Below, in pieces: positions 27,768 through 37,743 of a stretch of DNA of 64,000 bases. A program made the position numbers and the translations under genes. The first letter of the stretch is position 1. Each line of letters opens with the position of its first letter. The stretch comes from Candidatus Aldehydirespirator sp. (lineage in GTDB: Bacteria > Actinomycetota > Acidimicrobiia > Acidimicrobiales > Aldehydirespiratoraceae): assembly GCA_965204415.1 (NCBI GenBank), contig CBDBEL010000001.1, positions 514,562-578,561 of the forward strand. The letters run 5' to 3'. The notes under the pieces are model-generated. The model had not been told where the DNA came from. It ran no database searches and saw nothing but the letters and a program-made list of their open reading frames with translations.

Positions 27768-28138
27768 TCCTCCAGGTGCTCGTACAGGGCCGGGTCGGGA
27801 GGGCAGGGCCCGCCGATCAGCATGGCGCCGGCCCCGCCGGCCTCGATCCGGTATGTCGTGCCCGCGTCTATGTGGAGCATCGCGCCGACCCCGATCTCGA
27901 AGCTCTCGCCGCTGACGGGGTCGACGGCGGTGGCCGATCCCTCGCACAGGTGGTAGACGGCGTCGGAGGGGTGGCTGAGCGGCTTGGTCCTCCCGTCGCC
28001 GTCCAGCCTGACCAGGTGCATGGACCGGTGCAGGGCCCCGACGCCCGGCCAGACGACGGCCAGGGCCCGTCCCCCGTCCTCGACGATGGGCAGCTCGGGG
28101 CAGGCCTCGCCGCTGTCCAGGACTCGGACTTCGTCCAC
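27764..28138 (-). CDS. cupin domain protein
   Basis: 124 aa; SHPSDAVYHLCEGSA.. and LHIDAGTTY. Confidence 0.7.
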   Translation of the reverse strand: MDEVRVLDSGEACPELPIVEDGGRALAVVWPGVGALHRSMHLVRLDGDGRTKPLSHPSDAVYHLCEGSATAVDPVSGESFEIGVGAMLHIDAGTTYRIEAGGAGAMLIGGPCPPDPALYEHLEE

Positions 28139-28149
28139 GGCTCACACGT

Positions 28150-28302
28150 TAGAGCAAGCGCGGGCGGACGGGAAACCGCCGCGTCGCAGCAACGTCACTC
28201 CCGCTCTTGTTCGCCACGCTCACGGGCCGCCCAAACCACAGCAACACTGCCCACGGCCTCGCCCGTATGAGCCGGAATCGCTCACCGGCCCGCTCGGCCT
28301 CC
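28150..28302 (-). repeat. interspersed intergenic repeat, copy B (core 28198-28263, with internal insertion)
   Basis: Reverse complement of the copy A core with extra gcagtgttgctgtggttt; box cgctcggcctcc at 28291-28302. Confidence 0.75.
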
Positions 28303-28312
28303 GAGCCGCGGG

Positions 28313-28501
28313 CTACTCGATCCTCAGAGCCCGGGTGGGGCACGCCTCGACCGCCAGCTCGGCGTCCTCCTCGAGGTCCGGGCCGGGCTCCTCGACGAGG
28401 ATGTGGCACACCATGTCGTCTCGCACCTCGAAGACGTCCGGAGCGATCATCTCGCAGTTCGCGCTGCCGATGCACTTGTCCACCTCGAGCACGATCCGCA
28501 T
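28313..28501 (-). CDS. small single-cluster ferredoxin (CxxSxxC...CP, 3Fe-4S type)
   Basis: 62 aa; VDKCIGSANCEMIAP...EACPTRAL. Confidence 0.8.
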   Translation of the reverse strand: MRIVLEVDKCIGSANCEMIAPDVFEVRDDMVCHILVEEPGPDLEEDAELAVEACPTRALRIE

Positions 28502-28551
28502 CTGTAGCTACCTCCGCACCGGCATCCGGCTCAGCCTCGACGATAGCTCCG

Positions 28552-29859
28552 TCAAGTGCCCCCGCTGGCATCGGTCCCGGCGGTGTCGGGGCGCACCTCC
28601 GCGAAGTGGTCGATGCCCCGCAACTCGGGGAACAGCACCCACCAGGCCGCTACCACCGCCAGCGTGCCGATCCCGCCGAACACGACCGAGCCGGCCACCC
28701 CCAGCAGCGCGCCCGCGATCCCGGACTCGAACGCACCGAGCTCGTTGGAGGCTCCGACGAAGGTGTACTCGACGGCCATCACCCGACCCCGCATGTTCTC
28801 GGGGGTGGCCAGCGGCACGAGCGTGCTGCGCACGAAGACGCTCACCGAGTCGGCGCCGCTCAACGCCAGCAGCGCAATGAACGCCACCGCGTAGGAACGG
28901 GTGATCCCGAGCACGATCGTGCCCAGCCCGAACGCCCCCACAGCCACCATGAGGGTCGGACCGACCCGGCGCGTCAGCGGCCTCACAGCCAGGACGGCCA
29001 TCGTCAGCAACGCCCCTATGCCCACTGAGGCTCGCAGCCACCCGAGGCCCACCGCCCCGACTCCGAGCCGCTCCTCGGCGATCGCGGGCAGCAGCGCCAC
29101 CGCCCCGCCGAACAGGACCGCGAACAGGTCGAGGGAGATGATGCTGAGCACCACCCGGTTGGATCGGATGAACCGGAGGCCCTGCAGCGCGTGGACGATC
29201 ACCGCTCGCACGCCGGCGCCCGCGACGGCAGCCGAACGGGCCACCCCGCTGGCCGGGACGACGGCGAGCAGGGCTGCCGCCACCAGCGCCATGGCCGCGG
29301 CCAGCAGGTAGGGCGCGGCGATGTCGGCGACGAAGACGAAGCCGAACACGACCGGTCCGGCCGCGAAGCCGCCCTGCCAGCCGGACATGCACACCGCCAC
29401 CATCCGCTCGACCGCTCCGGGGGGCGCCAGGTCGACGGCCATGACGCGGCTGGCCGCGCTCAGCACCGACCGGGCACAACCGAAGGCGAAGACGAGGGCG
29501 AAGATCGGCATGACCGACGTCGGGTCCGACGCCACGTAGAGGTACAGCCCGAACGATGCGGCCGCCTCGCCCACCAGCCCGCAGGCGTACATGACGCGCC
29601 GGTCGTAACGGTCCGACAGCACGCCGCTGACGGGCGCGAGGAGCAGGGTGGGCACGAACTCGGCCAGACCGAGCAGACCGAGGTCGAGCGGCTTGCCGGT
29701 CATGTCGAAGACCTGCTTGCCCAGAACCGTGATCTGGCCCACGGTCATGGCCGCGGTCAGGAAGATGGTGACCGGAAGGGCCCAGAGCCGCGGGCCGATG
29801 CGGGTGGCCTCCGTAGCCGACGACCCGGCGCCGGCCGCCGGTAAGTTGTCGTTCGGCAT
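28552..29859 (-). CDS. MFS transporter (EntS/MFS_3-like)
   Basis: ~435 aa, 12 predicted TM; track start is TTG 29862, the adjacent ATG 29859 is preferred. Confidence 0.85.
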   Translation of the reverse strand: MPNDNLPAAGAGSSATEATRIGPRLWALPVTIFLTAAMTVGQITVLGKQVFDMTGKPLDLGLLGLAEFVPTLLLAPVSGVLSDRYDRRVMYACGLVGEAAASFGLYLYVASDPTSVMPIFALVFAFGCARSVLSAASRVMAVDLAPPGAVERMVAVCMSGWQGGFAAGPVVFGFVFVADIAAPYLLAAAMALVAAALLAVVPASGVARSAAVAGAGVRAVIVHALQGLRFIRSNRVVLSIISLDLFAVLFGGAVALLPAIAEERLGVGAVGLGWLRASVGIGALLTMAVLAVRPLTRRVGPTLMVAVGAFGLGTIVLGITRSYAVAFIALLALSGADSVSVFVRSTLVPLATPENMRGRVMAVEYTFVGASNELGAFESGIAGALLGVAGSVVFGGIGTLAVVAAWWVLFPELRGIDHFAEVRPDTAGTDASGGT

Positions 29860-29903
29860 CAACCCAACGCTAACCCCGACCCATCACCTGGCCGGAACCG
29901 TGC

Positions 29904-31184
29904 CTAGCCGTCGGGGCGTACTTCCGCGAACCGGTCGATGCCTCGCAGCTCGGGAAACACCACCCAGCAGATCGCTACCACTGCCACGGCCCCCACACCG
30001 CCGAACACCACCGCTCCGGCCACGCCGAGCACGGCGCCGGCGACGCCGGACTTGAACGCGCCCAGCTCGCTGGAGCCGCCGATGAACACGTACTCCACCG
30101 CCATGACCCGGCCCCGCATGTCCTCCGGCGTGGCCAGCGGCACCAGGGTGCTGCGGATGAAGACGCTGACGGCGTCGGCCGCGCCCATCACCAGCAGCGC
30201 CGCGAAGGCCACGAGGTATGCACGGGTCAGCCCGAGCACGACCGCGCCCACGCCGAAGGCGGCCACCACGACCAGCAGCGACGGGCCCACCCTCCGCCGC
30301 AGCGGTCGCACCGTCAGGGCGACCATCACCACCGAGGCCCCGATGCCGAACGCCGCCGCCAGCCAGCCGAGGCCCACCGCGCCCACGCCGAGGCGCTCCT
30401 CAGCGATGGCGGGAAGGAGCGCATGGGCGCCGCCCATGAAGACCGCGAAGAGGTCGAGGGAGATCGCTCCGAGCACCACCCGGTTGCGCCGGACGTAGCG
30501 CAGGCCCTCGAGGGCGCGCCCGACCGCGGCCCGCATCCCGGCCCCTGCCGCGGACGCCGCCCGTTGCACCCGGCTCGGCGGCAGGAGCATCAGCAAGCCG
30601 ACGGCGGCGACCGAGAACCAGGCGGCCAGGAGGTACGGGACGGCCGGACCCGCCTCGAAGGCGAAGCCGAACGTCACCGGGCCGACGATGAAGCCGGCCT
30701 GCCACGCCGCGACGTTCAGCGCCACCGTCCGCTCCCGGGCCGCCTCCGGGGCCAGGTCCACCGGCAGGGCCCTGCTCACCGCCATGACGAAGGCCCGAGC
30801 GGTGCCGAACGCGACGACCAGGCCGAATATGGGAAGGACCGACGCCGGGTCCGTCGCCACATAGAGGAACAGGCCGACGGAGACGACGGCCTCGCCGCCC
30901 AGGCCCCACGCGTACACGAAGCGGCGCTCGAAGCGGTCCGCCACCATGCCGGTGATCGGCACCAGCAGGAAGGCGGGCACGAACTCCGCCAGTCCAAGCA
31001 GCCCCAGGTGCAGCGGGCGGCCGGTCATGTCGAACACCTGCTTGCCCAGGATCGTCAGCTGCCCCATGGTCATCGCCATCGACAGGAACGTCACTCCGAA
31101 CAGCGCCCACAGCCTCGGGCCGATCCGGGGGGTCTCGGCGGCCGACGACCCGGCGCGCGCCGCCGCAGAATCTCCGTTCGACAT
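29904..31184 (-). CDS. MFS transporter (EntS/MFS_3-like), tandem paralog of 28552-29859
   Basis: 426 aa, collinear with the neighbour (RIGPRLWAL.., LGLLGLAEFVP.., FPELRGID.FAEVRPD). Confidence 0.85.
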   Translation of the reverse strand: MSNGDSAAARAGSSAAETPRIGPRLWALFGVTFLSMAMTMGQLTILGKQVFDMTGRPLHLGLLGLAEFVPAFLLVPITGMVADRFERRFVYAWGLGGEAVVSVGLFLYVATDPASVLPIFGLVVAFGTARAFVMAVSRALPVDLAPEAARERTVALNVAAWQAGFIVGPVTFGFAFEAGPAVPYLLAAWFSVAAVGLLMLLPPSRVQRAASAAGAGMRAAVGRALEGLRYVRRNRVVLGAISLDLFAVFMGGAHALLPAIAEERLGVGAVGLGWLAAAFGIGASVVMVALTVRPLRRRVGPSLLVVVAAFGVGAVVLGLTRAYLVAFAALLVMGAADAVSVFIRSTLVPLATPEDMRGRVMAVEYVFIGGSSELGAFKSGVAGAVLGVAGAVVFGGVGAVAVVAICWVVFPELRGIDRFAEVRPDG

Positions 31185-31221
31185 CAGGACAAAGCTAACC
31201 CCGACCTAACCTGCGGTCGGA

Positions 31222-33323
31222 ATGGCACTGCCCGCTCTAGGCGACTTCCTGCCCGACAGTCCCGGCGCCGACGACCTGCTGGACTCGTTCATCGAATGGT
31301 CGGCGGCTGCCGGCCTCGAGCTGTACCCGCACCAGGAGGAGGCGGTGCTGCACCTGCTGGCCGGCGAGAACGTGGTGCTGTCCACGCCCACCGGCTCGGG
31401 AAAGTCGCTGGTGGCCCTCGCGGGCGCCTTCGCCATGCTGGCCCAGGGTCGCCGGGCCGTCTACACCGCCCCTATCAAGGCCCTCGTGAGCGAGAAGTTC
31501 TTCGAGCTGACCGCGGCGTTCGGCCCCTCTGCGGTGGGCATGGTCACCGGCGACGCCTCGGTCAACGGCGGCGCTCCGGTCATCGCCTGCACCGCGGAGA
31601 TCCTGGCCCAGCGAGCCCTGCGATCCGGCGCCGACACCCCTGCGGACCTGGTGGTGATGGACGAGTTCCACTACTACGGCGACCGCGACCGGGGCTGGGC
31701 GTGGCAGGTGCCGCTGCTGCAGCTTCCGAGACCCCGGTTCCTGCTGATGTCGGCCACCCTCGGCGACACCGGCGCCCTCCGGCGGGACCTGACCGCCCGC
31801 ACCGGGCGCGACACCGCCCTGGTGGCCTCGGCGGAGCGTCCGGTCCCGCTCGACGTCGAGTACCGGGAGACCCCGCTGCACGTCTCCATCGAGCAGCTGC
31901 TGGAAGCCGGCCGCGCCCCCGTCTACATCGTGCACTTCACCCAGCGGGAGGCCACCGCCCGGGCCCAGAGCCTCACCAGCCTCAAGGTTCTCGGACCCGA
32001 CGAGAAGGCGGCGGTGAAGGAGGCCGTGGGCGGGTTCCGCTTCGACACGCCGATCGGCAAGGACCTGCGCCGGTTCGTGCTGGCCGGCATCGGGGTGCAC
32101 CACGCCGGGATGCTGCCCAAGTACCGGCTGCTGGTGGAGAAGCTGGCCCAGCAGGGCCATCTCAAGCTGATCTGCGGCACCGACACCCTCGGCGTGGGCG
32201 TCAACGTCCCGATCCGGACCGTGCTGTTCACCCAGCTCTACAAGTACGACGGGCGGCGCACCCGGGTGCTGTCGGTGCGGGACTTCCAGCAGATCGCGGG
32301 CCGGGCCGGCCGGCGGGGCTTCGACACCGTCGGCAGCGTCTGGGTCCAGGCCCCCGAGCACGCCGTGGAGAACAAGCGGGCCGAGATGCGGGCCGCCGGC
32401 GACCCGAAGAAGCTGCGCAAGCTGGTCCGCAAGAAGCCCCCGAGCGGGGCTACGCCCACTACGACGACAAGACCCTCGCCCGCCTGTGGGATGGCACCCC
32501 CGAGACGCTGGAGTCGAGCTTCGACGTGACCCACTCCATGATGCTCAACGTCCTGGACCGCCCCGGCGACGGCTGCAAGGCCATGAAGCGGCTGCTGGTC
32601 GACAACCACGAGCCCCGTCCCCGCCAGCGTGCCCACATCCGCAAGGCCGTCGGCGTGTTCCGGTCGCTGATCGACGCCGAGATCGTGGAGGTGCTCGACG
32701 AGCCCGACGATCTGGGCCGCCCGGTGCGGGTGAACCTCGACCTCCAGGACGAGTTCCGGCTCAACCAGCCGCTGGGACTGTTCGCGGTGGAGGCCGTCGC
32801 GGTCCTCGACCCGGAGGCGGCCGACTACCACCTGCAGGTCCTCAGCGTGGCCGAGTCGGTGCTGGAGGATCCGACGGCGGTGCTGCTGGCCCAGCGGGAC
32901 AAGGCCCGCGACGAGCTCATGACCAAGATGAAGGACGAGGGCGTCGAGTACACCGAGCGCATGGCCCGGCTGGCCGAGGTGACCTGGCCGAGGCCCGAGG
33001 CCGAGTTCATCGAGCCCGCCTTCGAGGTGTTCGCCCGCCACCATCCCTGGGTAGGGCATCTGCGGCCCAGCCCCAAGTCGGTGGTGCGCGACATGGTGGA
33101 GCACACCGACACCTTCAACCAGTACGTGAGCCGCTACGGGCTCAAACGCTCCGAGGGCCTCGTGCTGCGCTACCTGACCGACTGCTACAAGGCGCTGGCC
33201 CAGACGGTGCCGGCCGCGGCGGTCAACGACCGCCTGGCCGAGGTGATCGAGTGGCTGGGCGCGCTGGTGCGGGAGGTGGACTCCAGCCTGCTGGACGAAT
33301 GGGAGCGCCTGCGCGCCGTGTGA
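31222..33323 (+). pseudogene. DEAD/DEAH-box (Ski2-like) helicase with long C-terminal domain, interrupted by a -1 frame change at a C5 run (32437-32441)
   Basis: Frame 1 (31222-32529) carries [25 protein letters not shown]. Continuation [17 protein letters not shown]... runs to 33323 in the frame of track ORF 30423-33323. Confidence 0.7.
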
Positions 33324-33334
33324 TCCAGCGGGCC

Positions 33335-34144
33335 TCACGGACCCTCGGCCGGCGCGCGGCCGGTGGCCCGGCCCACGAGGTCCACGAGGCTCGGGCAGCC
33401 GTCGATCCTGGAGAACCGGCGATCGACGTACAGCAGGGTGGCGAAGATCAGCAGGAAGGCCACGAAGAAGTTCACGACCTGGCGGGTGACCAGGAACAGG
33501 TTGACCCCGGCGTTGTTGTAGAGCCAGAAGTCCCACACGGCCGAGCCGACCTCGTAGAGGGTGATCACCCAGGTGACGTTGCGCATCGTCGACGCGAAGC
33601 GGCGGTCGAGCTGCACCTCCTCGGCCACGGGTAGGAAGCGGCGGGCCACCCACACCATGAACGGCTTGCCGATGATGATCGTGACCGCAGCAGCCACGCC
33701 GACCAGCATCTTGGTGCCGATGCCGATGCCGAAGTACACCGCTTCGGTGCTCACCCCGAAGTCGACCAGGTCCCGTTCGACGGCGATGCTCACCGCGGCC
33801 CGCACGAGCAGGTACCCGGTGATGACGGGAAGCCATGCGCCTATCGGCAGACCCCGGCGCCGGCGGCTGTAAGCGGCCTTCACCGACCATCCGGTGGCCG
33901 CGATGATGGCCACCTCGATGTTGTTCAGCCAGGCGATCTGGACCCAGTCGAGGTTGAAGAAGGCCAGGAACAGCAGCACCGGCATGAACTGGTCGAGGTT
34001 GCTGCGCCAGCCCCATACCGCCTGGCGGGACGTCTTGGCCAGCGACCGGGGATCAGTGGTCGACCCTTCTGTCCCCGCCGTGCCGGAGAGCGCTCCCGGA
34101 GCTGTGCCGGGCTCGCCTCGTGAAGGGTCGGCGCCCTCGTTCAC
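33335..34144 (-). CDS. integral membrane protein, family not recognised
   Basis: Track ORF trimmed to GTG 34144, which overlaps the upstream stop (GTGA); about 6 hydrophobic segments. Confidence 0.6.
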   Translation of the reverse strand: MNEGADPSRGEPGTAPGALSGTAGTEGSTTDPRSLAKTSRQAVWGWRSNLDQFMPVLLFLAFFNLDWVQIAWLNNIEVAIIAATGWSVKAAYSRRRRGLPIGAWLPVITGYLLVRAAVSIAVERDLVDFGVSTEAVYFGIGIGTKMLVGVAAAVTIIIGKPFMVWVARRFLPVAEEVQLDRRFASTMRNVTWVITLYEVGSAVWDFWLYNNAGVNLFLVTRQVVNFFVAFLLIFATLLYVDRRFSRIDGCPSLVDLVGRATGRAPAEGP

Positions 34145-34878
34145 GGAGCCAGAGCCGCCCAGGCGGCCGCGGTGGCCTCGTCGCCCACCGCTGACAGCGA
34201 GTCGTCGTCGAGCGGCAGCCGGTTCCACATGGCCAGGAACAGGGCGCCGCCCGGTCCCCGGACTGCCGCGTCGCCCTTGACATGGGCCCGTTCGAACACC
34301 ACCTCGTCGCCCTCGGCGTGCACGATCCACTCGCCCTCGCCGTCGGTGCGATGCAAATGCAGGCTCCCCGGTGGCAGGTCGCGCCGCTTACGTTTCTGGG
34401 CGTTGGGCAGCACGAACTCGAAGAACTCGTCCACGCCGTCGCGGCCCTGGTCGCCGTCGACTGGTCCGGTCTCCCCCACCGCGTTCTCGGCGTCCCAGCG
34501 GTGCACGCTGGTCTCGTGCAGCATCCGGCGGAAGTAGAAGCCGGCGTCGGGCCGGGGCGACCAGTTCCACACCGGGGTCTCAGGCTCGATCCCGGCCAGC
34601 GAGTCGACGAGCCGGTTCAGCGCGTCGGCCGCGAAGTCGACGGCGGAGTCGTCGTCGGGCACCCGGGGCATCTGCTCCCGCGACAGGGGCTCGGTCGCTC
34701 GACCGGCCACATAGCTGCCGACGAGGCTGTGCACCCATCCCATGTGCCCGGCCAGGTCGCGCAGCGTCCAGTCGCCGCAAGTAGGCACCGCGGCCCCCAG
34801 GTCGGATCTGGCGACCTCGATGAGTCGCCGCCCGTCGAGCTCTATCTGGTTGACGATCGTTTCGGAGTCCATGCTCAC
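34141..34878 (-). CDS. mycothiol-dependent maleylpyruvate isomerase-like (DinB/TIGR03083-type) protein
   Basis: GDWTLRDLAGHMGWVH N-terminal metal-binding domain pattern; alternative ATG 34872. Confidence 0.7.
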   Translation of the reverse strand: MSMDSETIVNQIELDGRRLIEVARSDLGAAVPTCGDWTLRDLAGHMGWVHSLVGSYVAGRATEPLSREQMPRVPDDDSAVDFAADALNRLVDSLAGIEPETPVWNWSPRPDAGFYFRRMLHETSVHRWDAENAVGETGPVDGDQGRDGVDEFFEFVLPNAQKRKRRDLPPGSLHLHRTDGEGEWIVHAEGDEVVFERAHVKGDAAVRGPGGALFLAMWNRLPLDDDSLSAVGDEATAAAWAALAP

Positions 34879-34990
34879 AGTCTGGCCCCGACCCGCCCCG
34901 ACGACACCGGCCCGATTTGACTGGCCCAGCCCGCCAGGTGATGCACGCCCTGCGAGGGCTCAGTCATGTGAACACTAGATTGTGCATGAC

Positions 34991-35788
34991 ATGGGCACGT
35001 ACGCGATCAGCGGGTCGGCTTCGGGTATGGGGGCGGCTACCCGGCGCCGGCTGGAGGCTGCAGGACACCGGGTAGTCGGCATCGACCTTCGGGACGCCGA
35101 GGTGGTCGCCGATCTCGGGACGGCCGAGGGCCGGACCGGGGCCGTGTCGGCCACCATCAGCGCCGCCGGTGGGGTTCTGGACGGGGCGGTCTCCGCTGCG
35201 GGCGTGGGCCCGCCAACGGCCGGTGAGCTCGTCGCCCGGGTCAACTACTTCGGCTCGCAGGCCCTGCTGGAGGGGCTGCGGCCCGCTCTGGCCGCCTCGG
35301 GCGCGGCCCAGGTTGTGCAGTTCGGCTCGAACTCGTCGACCACCACGCCGAACCTGCCCGACGAGTTGATCGCCGCCTACCTCGACGGCCGGGAGGACGA
35401 CGCAGTGGCGATCATCGAAACCGTCGATGAGGTGTTCGCTCCCGCCGTGGCCTACGCCGGCGCCAAGCTGGCCATCACCCGCTGGTGCCGGCGCGCCGCG
35501 GTGACCGAGCCCTGGGTGGGCGAGGGCATCAGGCTCAACGTGATCGCCCCGGGACCGGTCGACACGCCGCTGCTGCGGGCGGGCCAGGCCGACGACGTGT
35601 ACGGCCCGCTCATGGAGGCGTTCCCCGTGCCGGTGACCGAGACGCCCGACGCCGACGCCCTGGCCGCCTGGGTGGAGTTCCTGCTGTCGCCGTTGGCCAG
35701 GTTCGCCTGCGGATCGGTGTTCTACGTGGACGGCGGCACCGACGCCCTGATGCGCGCCGACGACTGGCCCCGCACGTTCACGACGTGA
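34991..35788 (+). CDS. SDR-family oxidoreductase
   Basis: ISGSASGMGAA, YAGAKLA, IAPGPVDTPL; track start GTG 34982 is also possible. Confidence 0.8.
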   Translation: MGTYAISGSASGMGAATRRRLEAAGHRVVGIDLRDAEVVADLGTAEGRTGAVSATISAAGGVLDGAVSAAGVGPPTAGELVARVNYFGSQALLEGLRPALAASGAAQVVQFGSNSSTTTPNLPDELIAAYLDGREDDAVAIIETVDEVFAPAVAYAGAKLAITRWCRRAAVTEPWVGEGIRLNVIAPGPVDTPLLRAGQADDVYGPLMEAFPVPVTETPDADALAAWVEFLLSPLARFACGSVFYVDGGTDALMRADDWPRTFTT

Positions 35789-35791
35789 CTC

Positions 35792-36091
35792 TCACACGAC
35801 CAGGCGCAGGCCCGCGGTGACGGCCATGGCCACCAGCACGACGACCACCATGGACGCCTTGCGCCATGCTGCCACGGCTCCGGCCGCCACGCCGGCGAGA
35901 CGTCCGTCCAGCACCAGTTCTCCGGCCCGCTCGAAGGTCATCACCACGACCAGCGCCGAGAACAGCGTGACCGGCAGCAGCGACACTACCGATCCCAGAC
36001 GCCGCTCGACGATCGCTCCGAGGGCGGTGACTCCGAGCACCCTCAGCCCGTAGACCCCGGCGGCGAACACACCGATCACCGTCCAACTCAT
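35792..36091 (-). CDS. azlD: AzlD-family branched-chain amino acid transport protein
   Basis: 99 aa hydrophobic; ATGA overlap with azlC. Confidence 0.75.
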   Translation of the reverse strand: MSWTVIGVFAAGVYGLRVLGVTALGAIVERRLGSVVSLLPVTLFSALVVVMTFERAGELVLDGRLAGVAAGAVAAWRKASMVVVVLVAMAVTAGLRLVV

Positions 36092-36810
36092 GGCGCCGGC
36101 CCCGATCCGACGCCTGACGCGGTCCCGTCATGGGGATGCCGCCGCTGGCGGACCTGCACGACCGCAGCAGGCGCCAGGGCCACCACCGACAACAGGATAG
36201 GAACGCCGGCTGCGGTGAACGGGACCGCGGCAACCACCACGACCGCCGCCGCAACCGCCGCCACCCGGCCCGGTGCGCTCCGCAGATGAGGGGCGACGAG
36301 AGCGACGAATATGGCGGGGAGGGCCGCGTCGAGCCCCCATTTCTCGGCGTCGCCCATGACCCCGCCGAGCGCGGTTCCGGCCGCCGACCCCGCGATCCAG
36401 CACAGCCAGAGGGTGACACCGGTTAACCAGAACGCCCCCGAGCCGTCCCGGCGGTTGGTCTGGGCCGCAGCCATGGCGGTGCTCTGGTCGATCACGAAAT
36501 GGGCCGCGACCAGGCGTCCCGGAATCGACGGGGGCAGGAATCGCCGCACCACCGGCCCGTACAGCGCGTAGCGGGCGGCCAGCAGCAGGGCCGAGCCGAC
36601 GGCCGCGGCCTCGGTTCCGCCGCTGGCGACCACGCCCACCGCCACGAACTGCGCCGCCCCGGCGCAGGCCACAGCCGACATCGCGACGATCTGGGCCAGG
36701 TCCAGCCCGGCCGAGTCGGCGAACACGCCGAAGGTCATGCCGATCACACCGACAGCGAGGCTCATGAACAGACCGTCGCGCCAATAGTGCAGCGGCGGGC
36801 GCGGCGTCAT
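36088..36810 (-). CDS. azlC: AzlC-family branched-chain amino acid permease
   Basis: ATG 36810 overlaps the upstream stop (ATGA); FVIDQSTAMA and GAAQFVAVG motifs. Confidence 0.8.
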   Translation of the reverse strand: MTPRPPLHYWRDGLFMSLAVGVIGMTFGVFADSAGLDLAQIVAMSAVACAGAAQFVAVGVVASGGTEAAAVGSALLLAARYALYGPVVRRFLPPSIPGRLVAAHFVIDQSTAMAAAQTNRRDGSGAFWLTGVTLWLCWIAGSAAGTALGGVMGDAEKWGLDAALPAIFVALVAPHLRSAPGRVAAVAAAVVVVAAVPFTAAGVPILLSVVALAPAAVVQVRQRRHPHDGTASGVGSGPAP

Positions 36811-37349
36811 AGCAGGCGTCGGTGCAGCTCGGCCACCAGCAGGCGCAGCTCGTCGGAGCAGCGGTCGAAGTCGTCCTGGTCGCCCGCACCGGGATCGACG
36901 ACCTCCTCCCACGCCGCCGGCGCGAGCGCGCCGAGTCCCAGCGCCTTCACCCGCTGCTGGAGACCGTGGCCGTCAGAGTCGCCCTGCGGGGGCGCCAGGT
37001 CCCTCGCCAGGCGCCGCAGCGATCCGGTGATGGGCGTGGCCGAAGGGAGATTGCGGCGCATCCAGTGAAGGTGGAGCGGCTCCATCACCACCACGAGGTC
37101 GGCTTCGGCCGCGTCGGCGGCGCGGAACTGGCGGGACCGGTGGGCGTGGTCGGTGAGACCGTGCCGGGCCAGAGCCGACCGGGTGCGGGTCCCCATCGGG
37201 TGCCCCTCCAAGGTGAGGGTGCCTGCGCTGCGAACGTCGATCCGCTCACCGGCGTCGAGGGCGCGCAGCATGGCCGCGGCCATCGGCGACCGGGCCGCGT
37301 TGCCGGTGCACACCATGTACACCACAGGCCGCTCGTGCATCTCCGTCAC
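36807..37349 (-). CDS. low-molecular-weight protein-tyrosine/arsenate phosphatase family protein
   Basis: P-loop VCTGNAARS (C-X5-R-S), DP loop VVDPG. Confidence 0.75.
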   Translation of the reverse strand: MTEMHERPVVYMVCTGNAARSPMAAAMLRALDAGERIDVRSAGTLTLEGHPMGTRTRSALARHGLTDHAHRSRQFRAADAAEADLVVVMEPLHLHWMRRNLPSATPITGSLRRLARDLAPPQGDSDGHGLQQRVKALGLGALAPAAWEEVVDPGAGDQDDFDRCSDELRLLVAELHRRLL

Positions 37350-37554
37350 CAGTCTCGATCAATCGGGGACCGACCGACCCTACGGCTGCCGGAGCCAACC
37401 GGCTCCAGCACGCTCCCCGCACTGCGACCTGCTCTCACCTATCCGCGTGGCCCCTTGCGTGTCCGGCCACCGGCTGTGGACGGTGGCTAGACGGCACCAC
37501 AGTCCAGCGGCTATCCTTGGAAGCAGGTCCAACCTCTCTGGGGTGGAACTAGGT

Positions 37555-37606
37555 GCCGGAGCACCCTCTGCGCTTCCCTGCTACGAACGTGAGAGGATGC
37601 TCCGGC
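37555..37606. other. long hairpin (15-bp stem, one mismatch, 22-nt loop) in a 395-bp non-coding gap
   Basis: GCCGGAGCACCCTCT ... AGAGGATGCTCCGGC. Confidence 0.5.
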
Positions 37607-37743
37607 TCCGTCATTGTGGGCCGACCGCCGGCGGGTCCGCCAAGGCCGGATTACGGCGTAGCGCTCTGGGCGCGTCGATGGCGGTGGCTGCCACCTAGAG
37701 CCGGCTTCCACATGCCAAGGCAACTGCTGAGGGTTGGAGCGAG

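Noticed and set aside
28508-28552. Relay ORF between MFS 28552-29859 and the ferredoxin (TTG 28555 overlapping the stop)
   Set aside because: It uses a TTG start and ends at a TAG 6 nt before the ferredoxin ATG, without overlap. A normal GGAGG SD is present, so it is not counted in the pattern.
30423-32440. Upstream two-thirds of the 966-aa track ORF 30423-33323
   Set aside because: Only the part after about 32440 ([13 protein letters not shown]...) looks like real protein and continues the helicase. The upstream part shadows the MFS gene and helicase frame 1.
37350-37743. RNase P RNA, tmRNA, SRP/4.5S or 6S RNA in the large non-coding gap
   Set aside because: None of the conserved signatures I can recall is present on either strand: GAGGAAAGUCCGG and ACAGAA..CCGGCUUA for RNase P, a tRNA-like CCA end with tag ORF for tmRNA, or GGAAGCAGCC in the right SRP context.
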